From assembly GCA_951813565.1 (NCBI GenBank), contig OX638351.1, forward strand, positions 416,001 to 480,000: 64,000 bases of DNA. Reading direction: 5' to 3'. The DNA is from an uncultured Poribacteria bacterium (GTDB lineage: Bacteria; Poribacteria; WGA-4E; WGA-3G). Each line of letters opens with the position of its first letter. The first letter of the stretch is position 1. A program made the translations under genes and the position numbers. The notes under the pieces were generated by a model. The model did not search any database. It worked only from the letters and a program-made list of their open reading frames with translations, and was not told where the DNA came from. Of the stretch, positions 38,599 to 49,344 are shown piece by piece.

Positions 38599-40767
38599 TT
38601 ATCTGAGGATACTAAATTTGCCAATTTCTCGAACAACCGAATCTGCTTGAGTTGCAGCGATGTGGTAAATATAGATACCGGAAGCGAGCGGTATTCCACG
38701 AAGGTTTGAGCCATCCCATTGAAATTTTCCAGGAGCAAATACATCTTGATGTGTCTTACTATAGACTTTCTCCCCTTTAATAGTAAAGATTTCAAGAGAC
38801 ACAGTATCTGCGGACTGGGAAGCAGAGAGTTGATATGCAAACGTCATTTCCGATAACGATGCTCGAAAAGGATTTGGATACACGCGGGTTTGTGCAAGCG
38901 CGAAAGATTGAGGTTCTATCTGTTCGATTAACAACTTGTATGACGCGACGCTGCTGAAACCACCGTCGGACGTTATCATCAAATATAACGTCTGTTGAGA
39001 AGTGGGTTGGTAAACGATTTGGTAGCCGAGGAGATCAGGTGCTTTTTCACCTATTGCTAATATTTCCCCTGTCGCTGTTAAAAGGGATAAAAGGTAATTC
39101 CGGTTCGCTGGAATCTCCGACAACGTAGCGCGAACTGTTATGCCGCCAGCAGCTTCAATCTGATAATAATCTTGAGTATCCGAAGCATCATATAGAAAGG
39201 AGTAATAAGGTTGGGCATAGAAAATTGGAAATGCTGTTACTATGGTATCGTTAGGTTCATAGGTATCACCAAACGAAACAAGCACCTGCATGATCGCCCC
39301 CTCAGCACTTATATTGGTAATGGAAATACCTGATGGAGTTCCATCGCTCGCGCTACTATTAGGCAAAGTTCCTGGGGTAAATGCCGTTTGGTCATCATCT
39401 GCAGAATAGGCTGCACCTTCAGTGATGGTGTGAATGTCTATAAAGCCAGGATCATCGGGGCGAATGCCAAGATGCTCAGGATCATTTGGGTCTTCAAGCC
39501 ATATCTGTTGACCGGCATCGTAGCTACCAAGCGGACGGACCTGTGTTTCATCAATGTGCCAAATGAGGATACCAGACTCCGGAAGATAGGTATCAAAAAT
39601 AGCCCCTGAGGCTTTATAGCGGTTTTCGATAAGAAAAAATTCTCTGTTAGTCGCGGCGGTAGGCAATAGAGGTTCACCATCAATAGAGATGTGCGATTCT
39701 CGTGCGTGCGGAATATCAATTTTAAAGAGTTTGTCTGTTTTCGGGGGCAGTTCAAAACTTGGAACAGTTACTTGCCCACTTTGTGTGATGTTAACAGGTT
39801 GAATCCAACCGAGACGTCCGTTTTCGGGACGAGCGTCAAAATCCCATTTGAGATAACCGATGATGTGGCTGGGCGCCAATCCGTTTCCGACACCAGAGAC
39901 TTCTGGGCCCTGATACGGACCGAATGCTCCCATCAATCCCCATTTATGGTCACGAGCATCTGTGAAGTTTAAACCGTAGACGTCCGGGGCGCCAAAGTCA
40001 TGGAAAAATTCATGAAAGTAGATACCCAAGTGAGGTTTATCAAAATCTGGTTCTTCGGCGACGATGATAGCAGTATCAACTCGCATACCATCAACAATAA
40101 TGTTGACGTTTGGTGTTAAGACCGACCAGATATCATCAATTACACCGGAAGACGCTTCATCATTACCCGCATGAATGATAAATAGGTGGTCAACGATACC
40201 ATCTTTATCACGGTCATACTTTGAAAAATCAACGGTTGCATCTACAGCACGACACGCTTCGGCGATTAGTTCCCGATAACGTGGTATGTGTCTTGCCCCT
40301 TCTCCGTAATAACCCATTTGTTCCTTTGCGCGTATCCATGCATCGCCAGCAGGTAGAACACCTCCGACAGGACCTGGCTGCACATCCATCTGATGATAAG
40401 AATTTTCGCGATAGTAGGTTTTTAGGGAGACACCTGTTTCAGCAAACAGATATTGATTGAATTCCGCGCTGCTTCTTTTACCGGGCTGATCACTAAAATC
40501 AATTTTGAGAGCAAGGACATATTCAATACCATCTGGTTGTAATACACCCTGCTCTTTAGCAAAGCAGCATCCATCTAATGCTTGTAAATATGTTGAGATG
40601 CTGAGTTCAGAATTCTGCCCAGAAGTGGATTTCGGGGTTAATTTTCCAGTAATCGGATCGCTGTCAAAATAGAGATACGGGTTAGGTGGGGCAGCAAGAC
40701 TGGATATTGTGAACGCGAGAAGGAATGCTAAGCAGAAAATCAGACATGTAGAAGGTCTTTCAATCAA
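38599..40767 (-). CDS. M6-family (immune inhibitor A-like) metalloprotease with a PPC-like domain and a FlgD-Ig/T9SS-type C-terminal domain
   Basis: YYRENSY, DFSKYDRDKDGIVD, HAG, HEFFHDFGAPD, FFLIENR, GILIWHID, DTYEPND, VYPNPF...WDG.N..G..LASGIYIY; start approximate (coupled to the upstream stop). Confidence 0.88.
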   Translation of the reverse strand: MIERPSTCLIFCLAFLLAFTISSLAAPPNPYLYFDSDPITGKLTPKSTSGQNSELSISTYLQALDGCCFAKEQGVLQPDGIEYVLALKIDFSDQPGKRSSAEFNQYLFAETGVSLKTYYRENSYHQMDVQPGPVGGVLPAGDAWIRAKEQMGYYGEGARHIPRYRELIAEACRAVDATVDFSKYDRDKDGIVDHLFIIHAGNDEASSGVIDDIWSVLTPNVNIIVDGMRVDTAIIVAEEPDFDKPHLGIYFHEFFHDFGAPDVYGLNFTDARDHKWGLMGAFGPYQGPEVSGVGNGLAPSHIIGYLKWDFDARPENGRLGWIQPVNITQSGQVTVPSFELPPKTDKLFKIDIPHARESHISIDGEPLLPTAATNREFFLIENRYKASGAIFDTYLPESGILIWHIDETQVRPLGSYDAGQQIWLEDPNDPEHLGIRPDDPGFIDIHTITEGAAYSADDDQTAFTPGTLPNSSASDGTPSGISITNISAEGAIMQVLVSFGDTYEPNDTIVTAFPIFYAQPYYSFLYDASDTQDYYQIEAAGGITVRATLSEIPANRNYLLSLLTATGEILAIGEKAPDLLGYQIVYQPTSQQTLYLMITSDGGFSSVASYKLLIEQIEPQSFALAQTRVYPNPFRASLSEMTFAYQLSASQSADTVSLEIFTIKGEKVYSKTHQDVFAPGKFQWDGSNLRGIPLASGIYIYHIAATQADSVVREIGKFSILR

Positions 40768-42079
40768 ATTCACCACCACATTTCCTGCACAAGATATAGA
40801 ATTGGATGTCATCGGAATGTGCGTGTTGTTTGATAAGATCAACTGCTTGGTCAGGTAAATCTGCTTCACATTTATGGCACTTGAAGAGTGAACCCTCATG
40901 TTCAGGAAATTTTCTGATATCGCCCCAAATGTCATGGAGCCAGTATTTAAATTCCCACGGAAATTCGGTTTCAACAGCTTTTGATATTTCAACTGCATGT
41001 CGAATTAATTTTTGACACTCTTCAAAGGTTGCTGGTTCATACGGATGAGGCTCTGTGTGAAGGGGGATCGGATTGCCTTCGGAAGCGGTTTCTGGGTTGA
41101 ATCTACGGGAACGTGTCAGCAAAATTTGGTCTAATCTGGTGCCCTGTTCTCTCCCTTTTGACCAGACTCGGTAATAGCCTCGTCGTTTGACATTAAAATA
41201 ACCAGGGACTGACTTACCAAGCGGGTGTGTTGAAGTATCCCATAGCCAACGGTTCCATTTGGAGTTGTCGCCGGGAACTGCCCAAATTTTGATTGCATTC
41301 GGACCACCTTTTTCATCCCAAGGATACGGTTCTACATCTTCAATACCGATCCAGTAAGAATCTTGACTTCCCGATTTATAATAGGTACGAATCCATACGT
41401 ACCATTTACCCGTTTTCGGTATGAAAACTTCATAAATACCGCGAGCACCTCTGGCACTTTCAATGGCTTTTCCGTTAGAGGCACCTTCTTCATCCACAAT
41501 CGTCACACCATTATCAAAATGTATCGCAGTTTCGGCTTCAATAGTGATCGTGTTTCTTGGGACGCGAATCAATTCCTGTTTTGTATTTTTTGCTTCTGGT
41601 TCAGTTTCTTCTTCTTTTTCTTCTCCTGGGAGTGCTTGTTCTGGTTCCGCATAACTACTTCCGAACCGTTGACATGCGCGTTCAAATTGTTTTTCGGAAA
41701 GGTTTGCATCGTAAAAGCAATCTCGAACACCTTTCTTCCATAAGTCCAGGAGAAGGAACATGGCTTTTAAATTTCCATCAGGCCGTTTACGGGTGCCAAC
41801 GACAATAAGCATGCCGGTATCACGTGAACGACTGACAAGACACAGATGGAGTGGATATTCAGGTGGTGCGACTTTTCGGCTTTTTACAATGAGCGGACTA
41901 TAGTATTTACAATGATGGTCACATCCGGGGATTTTCGCTCGTTTAGCACTACAACATTCCGGGCAAATTATCATGCCGCTCAGGGCAGGGCATGCACGCT
42001 TGCCATTACCAGAACGGCATGTGCGGCACCTTTGTGTTTTAGTGCGTTTCTGTCTGGTAGGAAGTCTTTGATGGCGCAT
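40760..42079 (-). CDS. Hypothetical protein with N- and C-terminal Cys clusters and an internal beta-sandwich-like domain
   Basis: CRTC...C...CPECC...C...C; C-terminal CHKC...CRKC; internal IEAE...WYVWIR...DSYWI...RE.GTRLDQILLT. Confidence 0.75.
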   Translation of the reverse strand: MRHQRLPTRQKRTKTQRCRTCRSGNGKRACPALSGMIICPECCSAKRAKIPGCDHHCKYYSPLIVKSRKVAPPEYPLHLCLVSRSRDTGMLIVVGTRKRPDGNLKAMFLLLDLWKKGVRDCFYDANLSEKQFERACQRFGSSYAEPEQALPGEEKEEETEPEAKNTKQELIRVPRNTITIEAETAIHFDNGVTIVDEEGASNGKAIESARGARGIYEVFIPKTGKWYVWIRTYYKSGSQDSYWIGIEDVEPYPWDEKGGPNAIKIWAVPGDNSKWNRWLWDTSTHPLGKSVPGYFNVKRRGYYRVWSKGREQGTRLDQILLTRSRRFNPETASEGNPIPLHTEPHPYEPATFEECQKLIRHAVEISKAVETEFPWEFKYWLHDIWGDIRKFPEHEGSLFKCHKCEADLPDQAVDLIKQHAHSDDIQFYILCRKCGGEFD

Positions 42080-42178
42080 GGTTTAATAGTTTTCGCTTCA
42101 TTAATTTGTATGTGGCACAACTTGAATGCTGAAGTTGCTATTTGCAATATTAACGAACGGCATTTCGCCGCCGAAACT

Positions 42179-42313
42179 TATAGTAAATTATGTAAATAAG
42201 TTCACATATATTCTGTAGGAGCGATCTCCGAATCGAGACGAAACCACTGTTAGTCGGGAATCGGAGTTCCCTCGGACAGCTCAGATGTCCAGTTAATTGT
42301 AGAATCCACTATA
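42179..42313. mobile_element. IS630-type MITE with a REP-like doublet
   Basis: Left end TATAGTAAATTATGTAAATAAGTTCACAT resembles the IS630 left end TATAGTAGATATTGAAAATAAGTTTACAT; right end ...GAATCCACTATA. Confidence 0.75.
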
Positions 42314-42377
42314 AACAAAACTGTTAACTTGGGCGGTTAACCAGCTCAGCAAGATATTCTGCAATTTTGTCTGCAAC

Positions 42378-44723
42378 TTATTCGGCATCCACATCTACAT
42401 CTACATGCACATCGGGAGCGTTACTTGGGCGATTAACCAGGTCAGCGAGGTATTCTGCGATTTTGTCTGTGATTTGTCCAGCATCCACATCAGCAAAGTT
42501 AAAAAGTTCCTTAAGCATCGGTGAAATCGCTCCTGTATCAAGCAACGCATTCGCGAGGCGCCCCATGCTGCTTCGGTTGATACCGCCTTTGCCATCACTA
42601 CCTCCCATATCGAGAATTTTGATATTGTCAATTTTCTCTACGGGACGCATCAGTTGTTCAACAATCTCTGGTGCTTCTTCAATCAGTTCCAAGATAGCTT
42701 CTTGAACAAGGACACGTTGTTCAGCAACATTACGTGCTTCATATTCTGCCATTTCACCTTGTGCTTTGGCACGGGCCTCCGACAACACAGCATCTGCAAG
42801 ACGTTCAATCGGTTGCGCTTGTGCCTCAGCACCGATGATTGCAACATCACGTTGCCATTCAGCGCCTTTCACTTGTTCAGTAGCAGTGACCTCAACCTCA
42901 GCACCCATGCGTTCTGCTTCAGCGACTAACTTCTCTTTCTCTGCAAGTGCTGTAAGCTGCTGTTTATTCGCAACGTCAATCTTCCTATCTTCGTCAGTGA
43001 GAGCAACGCGTAATTCTTGACCAATGCGGGACTGTTCCACCGTCAACATCTTATTAATTTCAGTAAGTTCCACTTGTTTGTTCTGGTCAATCTGTGCAGT
43101 TTCTACGACGAGGTTTTTCTCAATCTCGCGTTGTTGTACCTGTTGTTCTTGGGCGAATTTCGCGGTTTGAACGGTCAACTCTCGTTCAACATCTCGCAAT
43201 TCAACACCTTCTTCCTGAACAATGCGTGCTTTTTCTACGAAGAGTTGTTTTTCAAACTCACGCTCTTGTACCTGTTGTTCCATACCGATTTTATTGACTT
43301 CGACGGATAACGTCTTGGCGATCTCTGTGAGTTCCACCTGTTTGTTCTGGTCAATCTGTGCAGTTTCTACGACGAGGTTTTTCTCAATCTCGCGTTGTTG
43401 TACCTGTTGTTCTTGGGCGAACTTGGCAGTCTGCACAGTCAATTCTCGTTCAACATCCCGCAACTGCACACCCTCTTCCTGAACGATGCGTGCTTTTTCT
43501 ACCATGAGTTGCTTTTCTATCTCTCGAACTTCAATTGTCTGTTCCTGTTCAATTTTCTCCATTTGAACAGTAAGATGTTGTGCGATTTCAGCAAGTTGAA
43601 CAACTTTGGTTTGGTCAATTTGTGCGGTTTCAACGACGAGGTTCTTCTCGATTTCTCGCTGTTGTACCTGTTGCTCTTGCGCAAACGTCTCGGTTTGCAC
43701 CTTCAATTCTAACTCAACTTCTCGTAACTGTACACCCTCTTCTTGAGAGATACGAGCGCGTTCAACCTCTAATTTCATTTCGTATTCACGTTCTTGAACG
43801 CTCTGTTCCATCTCAAACTGATATTTAATGGTATCAGCTTCACGTTCCGCAGCATAGATAGCAATATTTTTCTGTTGATCAGATTCTCCCCATGCTTGCT
43901 CCTGTTCTAATTCAAGTTCTCGGAGCCGTGCCTCAACATTAATTTGTACAATGGCAACGTCTTTCGCTTTAATGGCAGCCTCTTTATCGCGTTCTTGCTC
44001 AGCGGTAATTTCAGTAATTTCCCGGATACCGACAGCATCAAAACGATTGTCCGGATTGAGCATTTCAATGGGGGTTTGATCGACCCTGATGATGGAAACG
44101 GTGTCAAGTGTCAATCCATTATCGAGTTTCAGATTTTCACCGCACGCATTTTGAACGTTATCAGCGAATTGTAGACGTTTCTGTAGGAGGTCCTGGATTT
44201 CACTTTCGGCTGCAACGCTTCTTATGGCACCATCTAACATCGGTTCAATTAATTCGCGGATAGTTTCTGGCGTCATGGATTTATCGCCAAGGGCCTGAGC
44301 GGCTTTTAAAATGTCTTCGTCATCCGGATCAACCTTAAGATAAAAAACGACTTCAACGTCGGCGCGGTTGAAGTCGTTAGTAATTAGGGAGTCAGAGGTC
44401 TCTCGAACCACCTCAATTCGCATGGTGTTGAGAGAGATTTCTTTGATTTCATGAATAATCGTGTTAACCCAGAGACCTCCAGTAATACGAATCTTTTCCT
44501 TCGCACCCCCTGTTCTGACCAAAGCCACATCTGCTTTCGGTATCCTATAGCGGATAACGGATAATACACTAACAGTCAAAGCCCCAATGAAGACAACCGC
44601 TATAACACCCATCCACCGCAGAACGTTAGTTTGGTTCTCAGCATCAATTAGTCGATCATAAGCGAAATACCCGATGACACTCACAACGACAATTAAAAAT
44701 ATAACAGCAAGAATGAGACGCAT
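42378..44723 (-). CDS. Flotillin/SPFH (band 7) family protein with an expanded coiled coil
   Basis: Two N-terminal TMs; ALVRTG..., ISLNTMRIEV, NRFDAVG, RPVEKIDNIKIL (YqiK/flotillin-like). Confidence 0.9.
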   Translation of the reverse strand: MRLILAVIFLIVVVSVIGYFAYDRLIDAENQTNVLRWMGVIAVVFIGALTVSVLSVIRYRIPKADVALVRTGGAKEKIRITGGLWVNTIIHEIKEISLNTMRIEVVRETSDSLITNDFNRADVEVVFYLKVDPDDEDILKAAQALGDKSMTPETIRELIEPMLDGAIRSVAAESEIQDLLQKRLQFADNVQNACGENLKLDNGLTLDTVSIIRVDQTPIEMLNPDNRFDAVGIREITEITAEQERDKEAAIKAKDVAIVQINVEARLRELELEQEQAWGESDQQKNIAIYAAEREADTIKYQFEMEQSVQEREYEMKLEVERARISQEEGVQLREVELELKVQTETFAQEQQVQQREIEKNLVVETAQIDQTKVVQLAEIAQHLTVQMEKIEQEQTIEVREIEKQLMVEKARIVQEEGVQLRDVERELTVQTAKFAQEQQVQQREIEKNLVVETAQIDQNKQVELTEIAKTLSVEVNKIGMEQQVQEREFEKQLFVEKARIVQEEGVELRDVERELTVQTAKFAQEQQVQQREIEKNLVVETAQIDQNKQVELTEINKMLTVEQSRIGQELRVALTDEDRKIDVANKQQLTALAEKEKLVAEAERMGAEVEVTATEQVKGAEWQRDVAIIGAEAQAQPIERLADAVLSEARAKAQGEMAEYEARNVAEQRVLVQEAILELIEEAPEIVEQLMRPVEKIDNIKILDMGGSDGKGGINRSSMGRLANALLDTGAISPMLKELFNFADVDAGQITDKIAEYLADLVNRPSNAPDVHVDVDVDAE
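43050..43830 (-). repeat. Three 264-bp (88-aa) tandem coding repeats in the flotillin
   Basis: FAQEQQVQQREIEKNLVVETAQIDQ occurs three times; DNA offset 264 bp (e.g. 43068 vs 43332). Confidence 0.9.
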
Positions 44724-44763
44724 TAATTTCTCCTATTGTAAACATCACTTTCAGAAATTGTTT

Positions 44764-46179
44764 CTATTGGAAGATTAGATCACTGTTTTGGTGTGTCCGA
44801 TAACGCCCCTTGAGCGGTTGGCGTGGAGAGGTTTGCCACGCGAGACTCGCAAGATAACAGAGTGTATTTTCAATTAAAGGTTTAGCGACAGCGGTTTTAT
44901 GAGCATCCCGTGTATCTACGGCAAAACCAACGTAGTATCCGTCACCCCACTGTAACTGGATGCCGATAGGACCGCTATTATCTTCTCTAACTACCAACTT
45001 TCGATAACTTGGGTCATTGGTAATCCAATGGTCATCCGTCACCAAATTATCAACATTGATCCTATGAGGCCATGTAAACATACCAGTTTTTTGACCATCA
45101 TCGGTAATAGTCACGTTGGAATCCTCAGCACCAACGACGTCAATAGGATGACGATCTACAGGTAGCCAACTACCGCGCCATGCCGATTCAGATGCGTGGA
45201 CACCGTCAGGTGGCACTATATTATTATCCATAGCGGATGTCCACACAACCCCACCCTTTCTAACGAAATCTTTGATCGCGTCATCCGCGTCTTCAACAAA
45301 ATACTCTCCGTCATGCCCGGTGGCAAACCATGTGAACCAAATAATATCATAATTGGAGAGTGTTACGTTAGAGAGTTTTATAGCATTATTTGGGTCGCCT
45401 CGGTTATCAGGGTTATCGTTAATATGGACTGTTGTATATTGAAATTCTAAACCTTCAAGCGTAGTAAGAGATTGCAATACGGCAGGTTCGCCCGTTAGGT
45501 TATCGCCCACAACAATCAGCACACGGAAGACACCTAAGGGCACAATCTTTATGGAGGACATGATGTCGGAAAACGATTGTGAGTGTGGCAGGTCGCGAAG
45601 ATTTCTAATTGACTTTTTGAATTCCCGAGAGTTTAGGTCTAAATTGATCCTACGCCCTTCAAAATTCACATGCTCGTAGAAGATGATATGGCATCCACTA
45701 AAAGGAAAATTCGGACCACGCTGAATTCGGACAGAAGATATCATATCATTCATACCGATTTCGAACATTGAACTAACATCACGCATGATAAGGCTTCGTT
45801 GACCGCTGAAATCTACATCACGAAACACCTCTATGATTACAGGGACAGCACCGTACACCGGCGGGGTTGGATGCGCAGCAGGGCTAAAACTTATAGCTGT
45901 AATCGCATCACCGAAATTGTAAGGTATTTCGTGGATATTTGGATAGAACCCTGGTGCTAAGACTAATCGTCTTCCTTGATAATTTGCATGCTCATGAAAA
46001 ATCGCTTTGTAGTTAGGAGACGCACTAAAGCCGGGGCCCTGGTATATCTTAATAGAAGATATTACGTCCTGGGCACCTATCTCTGTTGTGTTCGGGATGG
46101 ATTCTACGAGGGTTATCTTGCGTCCTTGATAATTGACATGTTCAAAGACTTCAACAACTAACCTCGGCGTACTCGCCAT
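44764..46179 (-). CDS. Beta/gamma-crystallin domain protein with a C-terminal Rossmann/GATase-like domain
   Basis: Four Greek-key motifs (FEHVNYQG...DVISSIK; HEHANYQG...DAITAIS; FRDVDFSG...NDMISSVR; YEHVNFEG...DIMSSIK); YDIIWF...IKDFVRKGGVV. Confidence 0.82.
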   Translation of the reverse strand: MASTPRLVVEVFEHVNYQGRKITLVESIPNTTEIGAQDVISSIKIYQGPGFSASPNYKAIFHEHANYQGRRLVLAPGFYPNIHEIPYNFGDAITAISFSPAAHPTPPVYGAVPVIIEVFRDVDFSGQRSLIMRDVSSMFEIGMNDMISSVRIQRGPNFPFSGCHIIFYEHVNFEGRRINLDLNSREFKKSIRNLRDLPHSQSFSDIMSSIKIVPLGVFRVLIVVGDNLTGEPAVLQSLTTLEGLEFQYTTVHINDNPDNRGDPNNAIKLSNVTLSNYDIIWFTWFATGHDGEYFVEDADDAIKDFVRKGGVVWTSAMDNNIVPPDGVHASESAWRGSWLPVDRHPIDVVGAEDSNVTITDDGQKTGMFTWPHRINVDNLVTDDHWITNDPSYRKLVVREDNSGPIGIQLQWGDGYYVGFAVDTRDAHKTAVAKPLIENTLCYLASLAWQTSPRQPLKGRYRTHQNSDLIFQ

Positions 46180-46635
46180 TTACCAATCCTTCGCTGAAGG
46201 TCATTATGTCTATTTTAGTTTAATAACTTATTATATCATTGAATTAAAGGTTTGTCAAGGAAAAAGAAAAGCAAAATGGTAACATAGCCATTCAATTTTG
46301 AGGCAGTACTGGAGAAAGGAAACCTTGTAAGCTCGCTAAATGCGCCTACGGAATTTGATGCCTCTTACTTTTTAGGTTAGGACTTATGCAATATACATTG
46401 AAACTCAATTTTCTTCATTTTTTTATTTTATGCACCCTTTTCACCCTAAAACTTTGTCTTTAAGTTATGTTATGTAAGGTATCGTATACCACATTCCTAA
46501 AAGTTTTTATAAGGACGTAGTCAACAAGTAGGAAATTGCAAACTTTTTTAGGCATTTTCACCCTTTTTGCTTTAATACTGTGTCTTTAAGTAACTAAACT
46601 TTGGACAATTTTAATAGTTCCGGTATAGTAAATTA

Positions 46636-47086
46636 ACCTAAGTTGCTACCTATAATATACTTTTAATTCCATGGGATTTGCTCTATAATGTTTTTATTCC
46701 AACAAAACAAAAGGAGAAACCCCATGGAATTAACCATTGTAGCAATTTATACGATTTGTGACGATCTTTTAATTTCACTCGGTCATCAAACGCATCCACA
46801 AGCACAAATGACAGATGCTGAAGTGATGACAACTGCGATTATCGCAGCACAATATTTTGGAGGCAATCATCGAAGAACTTGCTGTGTTCTGAAAACTCTC
46901 GGATACATCCCGAATATGTTAGGACACTCCCGATATAATCGTCCATTTCATCGGATACCTCATTTGTTTCAAATACTTTTTGAGTATTTCGCAGAAGTCT
47001 CTAAATCTAATAATCCGAATGGTATTTATGCGATTGACACCTATCCCGTTGCTGTATGTGACAACATTCGTATTAGTCGGTGTCGC
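46636..47086 (+). pseudogene. Truncated IS982-family element (left end plus transposase 5' fragment 46724-47086)
   Basis: Left end ACCTAAGTTGC; AIYTICDDLL, MTDAEVMT, SRYNR, AIDTYPVAVCDNIRI, then an abrupt break. Confidence 0.85.
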
Positions 47087-47088
47087 AG

Positions 47089-48210
47089 CTGGATGCTGCG
47101 CTGGCGGCAATAGAGACAGCCTATACGCTCTATGCATAGCAGCATGACACCTATTTGGGCGTAATGGCGCCACATCTTGGCAGAGAAAAATCTACGCTTG
47201 CTATGTCATCAAGTACGGGTCAAACGTCTTTTTCTCACATCGGTAGCACCAGTGGTGACCCACATTCTGTTGATAAACTCTGGGGCAAAGATCATTGGGA
47301 TATGGATAACCTCCAAGAAAGATATGCGTGTAAATCTGGCAATCCTTGTATGGATTCCTACCGGACGCCGTACGAAGCGTTGACAGCACATCAGTGGACT
47401 TGTGGGTCGGATTACTTTATTGTGAGCCATAGGGCACCTGGGTGTGGTGAAAAGTATTATAAATGTCCTAATCATGGTATTCCTGATTCTCACAATACCT
47501 TTAAATGCAACAGATATAATCTGGTTGTCAAAGCAGGGGAAAGTGGTCGTGTCAGAGAATACTGCGGTATCAACTTCCGCTATTGCACCAAATTCACTTA
47601 TGATTCTTATGGGAATATCACCACAATTACATCGGCTGGTAGGTGTTCTAAATTGCTCGGTGTTGGGCAATCAGGGTCACACGATCATGGTATTTCAGAG
47701 GACCCAGACACATCTCCTGGTCGTCACCGACATTCTGAAGAGACGGAGACCACCATCCCGTATGCGTGTGGTGATCATAGCGGTGTTCGACGTGCAGCGA
47801 GTGGTCATGTCGCTGCGGGCTGTGGTAATCCGAATCACTTTATTTGTGATCTCGGTAATCACGCGCCGACAAGCTGTGGACTTCTTGATCACTTTAATTG
47901 TGATAGCCTAACGCATGTTGAGGAACAATGCACGATAACTAATTCAAACGGGGAACGATGCACGTATATGTTCTGGCGATGTGGGAATCTGACGCACACG
48001 CATACGTATCCTACGCCACCACCGCCACCGCCACCGAGTGCGACTTGTGCGAATGGACATTCTTACAACCCCGATAATCGTCCTGAAAATAATCAGCATC
48101 GGACCCGCACGTGCAGACACTGTTCGCAGACGTGGGAAGTGTGCGGAACGGGCAAACCGCTGTGTAACAAACCAAACCGCAAACAGAATGGTTGGAAGTG
48201 TCGGGAATAG
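47089..48210 (+). pseudogene. Cys/His-rich multi-zinc-finger-like protein, 5'-truncated
   Basis: About 23 Cys and many His in 351 aa; the frame extends back to the IS982 junction through an in-frame TAG at 47137. Confidence 0.65.
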
Positions 48211-48229
48211 AGTAGTTTGGCAAACCTCA

Positions 48230-48256
48230 CAGGCAGGTATCTGCCTTTTCTTTTTA
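48230..48256 (+). terminator. Putative terminator
   Basis: AGGCAG-GTAT-CTGCCT followed by a T-rich tract. Confidence 0.55.
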
Positions 48257-48453
48257 CAAGTGTATTTTTGCACTTGACATCCCAGAAAAAATATGATAGA
48301 TTTTTACAACATAGTGTTCAAAAAATTACCTTTATTAGGAGAATCTGCTCAATTGAATTTTAAAAGTCATGTATAATAGTTGATAAACACTCGGACTGTT
48401 CCTCCCGACTGTATATTTTGAAAATCTTCTACAAAAGATAGAGGGTAACACCG

Positions 48454-49326
48454 ATGCGCAATAACAAAATTTTTGTTTTATTCTGCTTTATGGGTATCAG
48501 TGCGTTTATGGTCTACTTTCTTATAAAGATAGAAGACGCCGAGCAGAAAAAGAAAGCTGCCGTTATACCAGTTGAACTGCCATATACTTGGGTAGGCAAT
48601 ATTAGCAAAACGACAATCGCTGAACCTTCTGGCGTAACCTATCACCCAATACGGCGGACTCTATTCGTCGTAGACGATGGTGGACATATTCATGAAATTC
48701 GTCCAGATGGCACGGTTATTCAGACAAAGGCATTGCAAGCGCGCGACTTGGAAGGAATTACGACTCACCCAAAAACCGGATGGCTTTATGTGGCTGTTGA
48801 GGATGAGGAAGCCATTTTGGAAATTAGCCCACAGACACTTACGGTCCATCGGGAGTTTAAAATCAATCGTTCTTTTGAAGGAAAATCGCTTCTAAAAAAA
48901 GGAGGTATGGGGATAGAGGCAATCACCTTTGTTCCGGATGCTTCACACCCGGAGGGTGGTACCTTTTGGATTGGCAATCAATCATTTAGTCGCAAACCTG
49001 ACGGAGAACCTTCAGTTATATGTGAAGTCGTTGTGCCTCTTCTCACTTCTAAAGCAGTGAAAGCTGAAGGAAATATTATTCGTTTTTTTGAGATGGAGTT
49101 CCTGGATATTTCTGGACTCACCTACAACGCAAAAGCCGATTCTCTTGTGCTAATCAGTGATACAACAAACCTATTGGTCGAACTCAAAAGAGATGGAACA
49201 CTCCTACATCGCTACCTATTACCGGGTGATGACCAAGAAGGGATAACGTTAGATGGACTCGGCTACATGTATATTGCCCAAGAAAGCGGCCAAATCATCA
49301 AGTTAGCTGACCGTAGACTTCGTTGA
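48454..49326 (+). CDS. SdiA-regulated/YjiK-like beta-propeller protein
   Basis: EPSGVTY, DLEGIT, GIEAITF, DISGLTY, DQEGITLD repeats; N-terminal anchor. Confidence 0.8.
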   Translation: MRNNKIFVLFCFMGISAFMVYFLIKIEDAEQKKKAAVIPVELPYTWVGNISKTTIAEPSGVTYHPIRRTLFVVDDGGHIHEIRPDGTVIQTKALQARDLEGITTHPKTGWLYVAVEDEEAILEISPQTLTVHREFKINRSFEGKSLLKKGGMGIEAITFVPDASHPEGGTFWIGNQSFSRKPDGEPSVICEVVVPLLTSKAVKAEGNIIRFFEMEFLDISGLTYNAKADSLVLISDTTNLLVELKRDGTLLHRYLLPGDDQEGITLDGLGYMYIAQESGQIIKLADRRLR

Positions 49327-49344
49327 AAAGAGAATTGTAATCTT

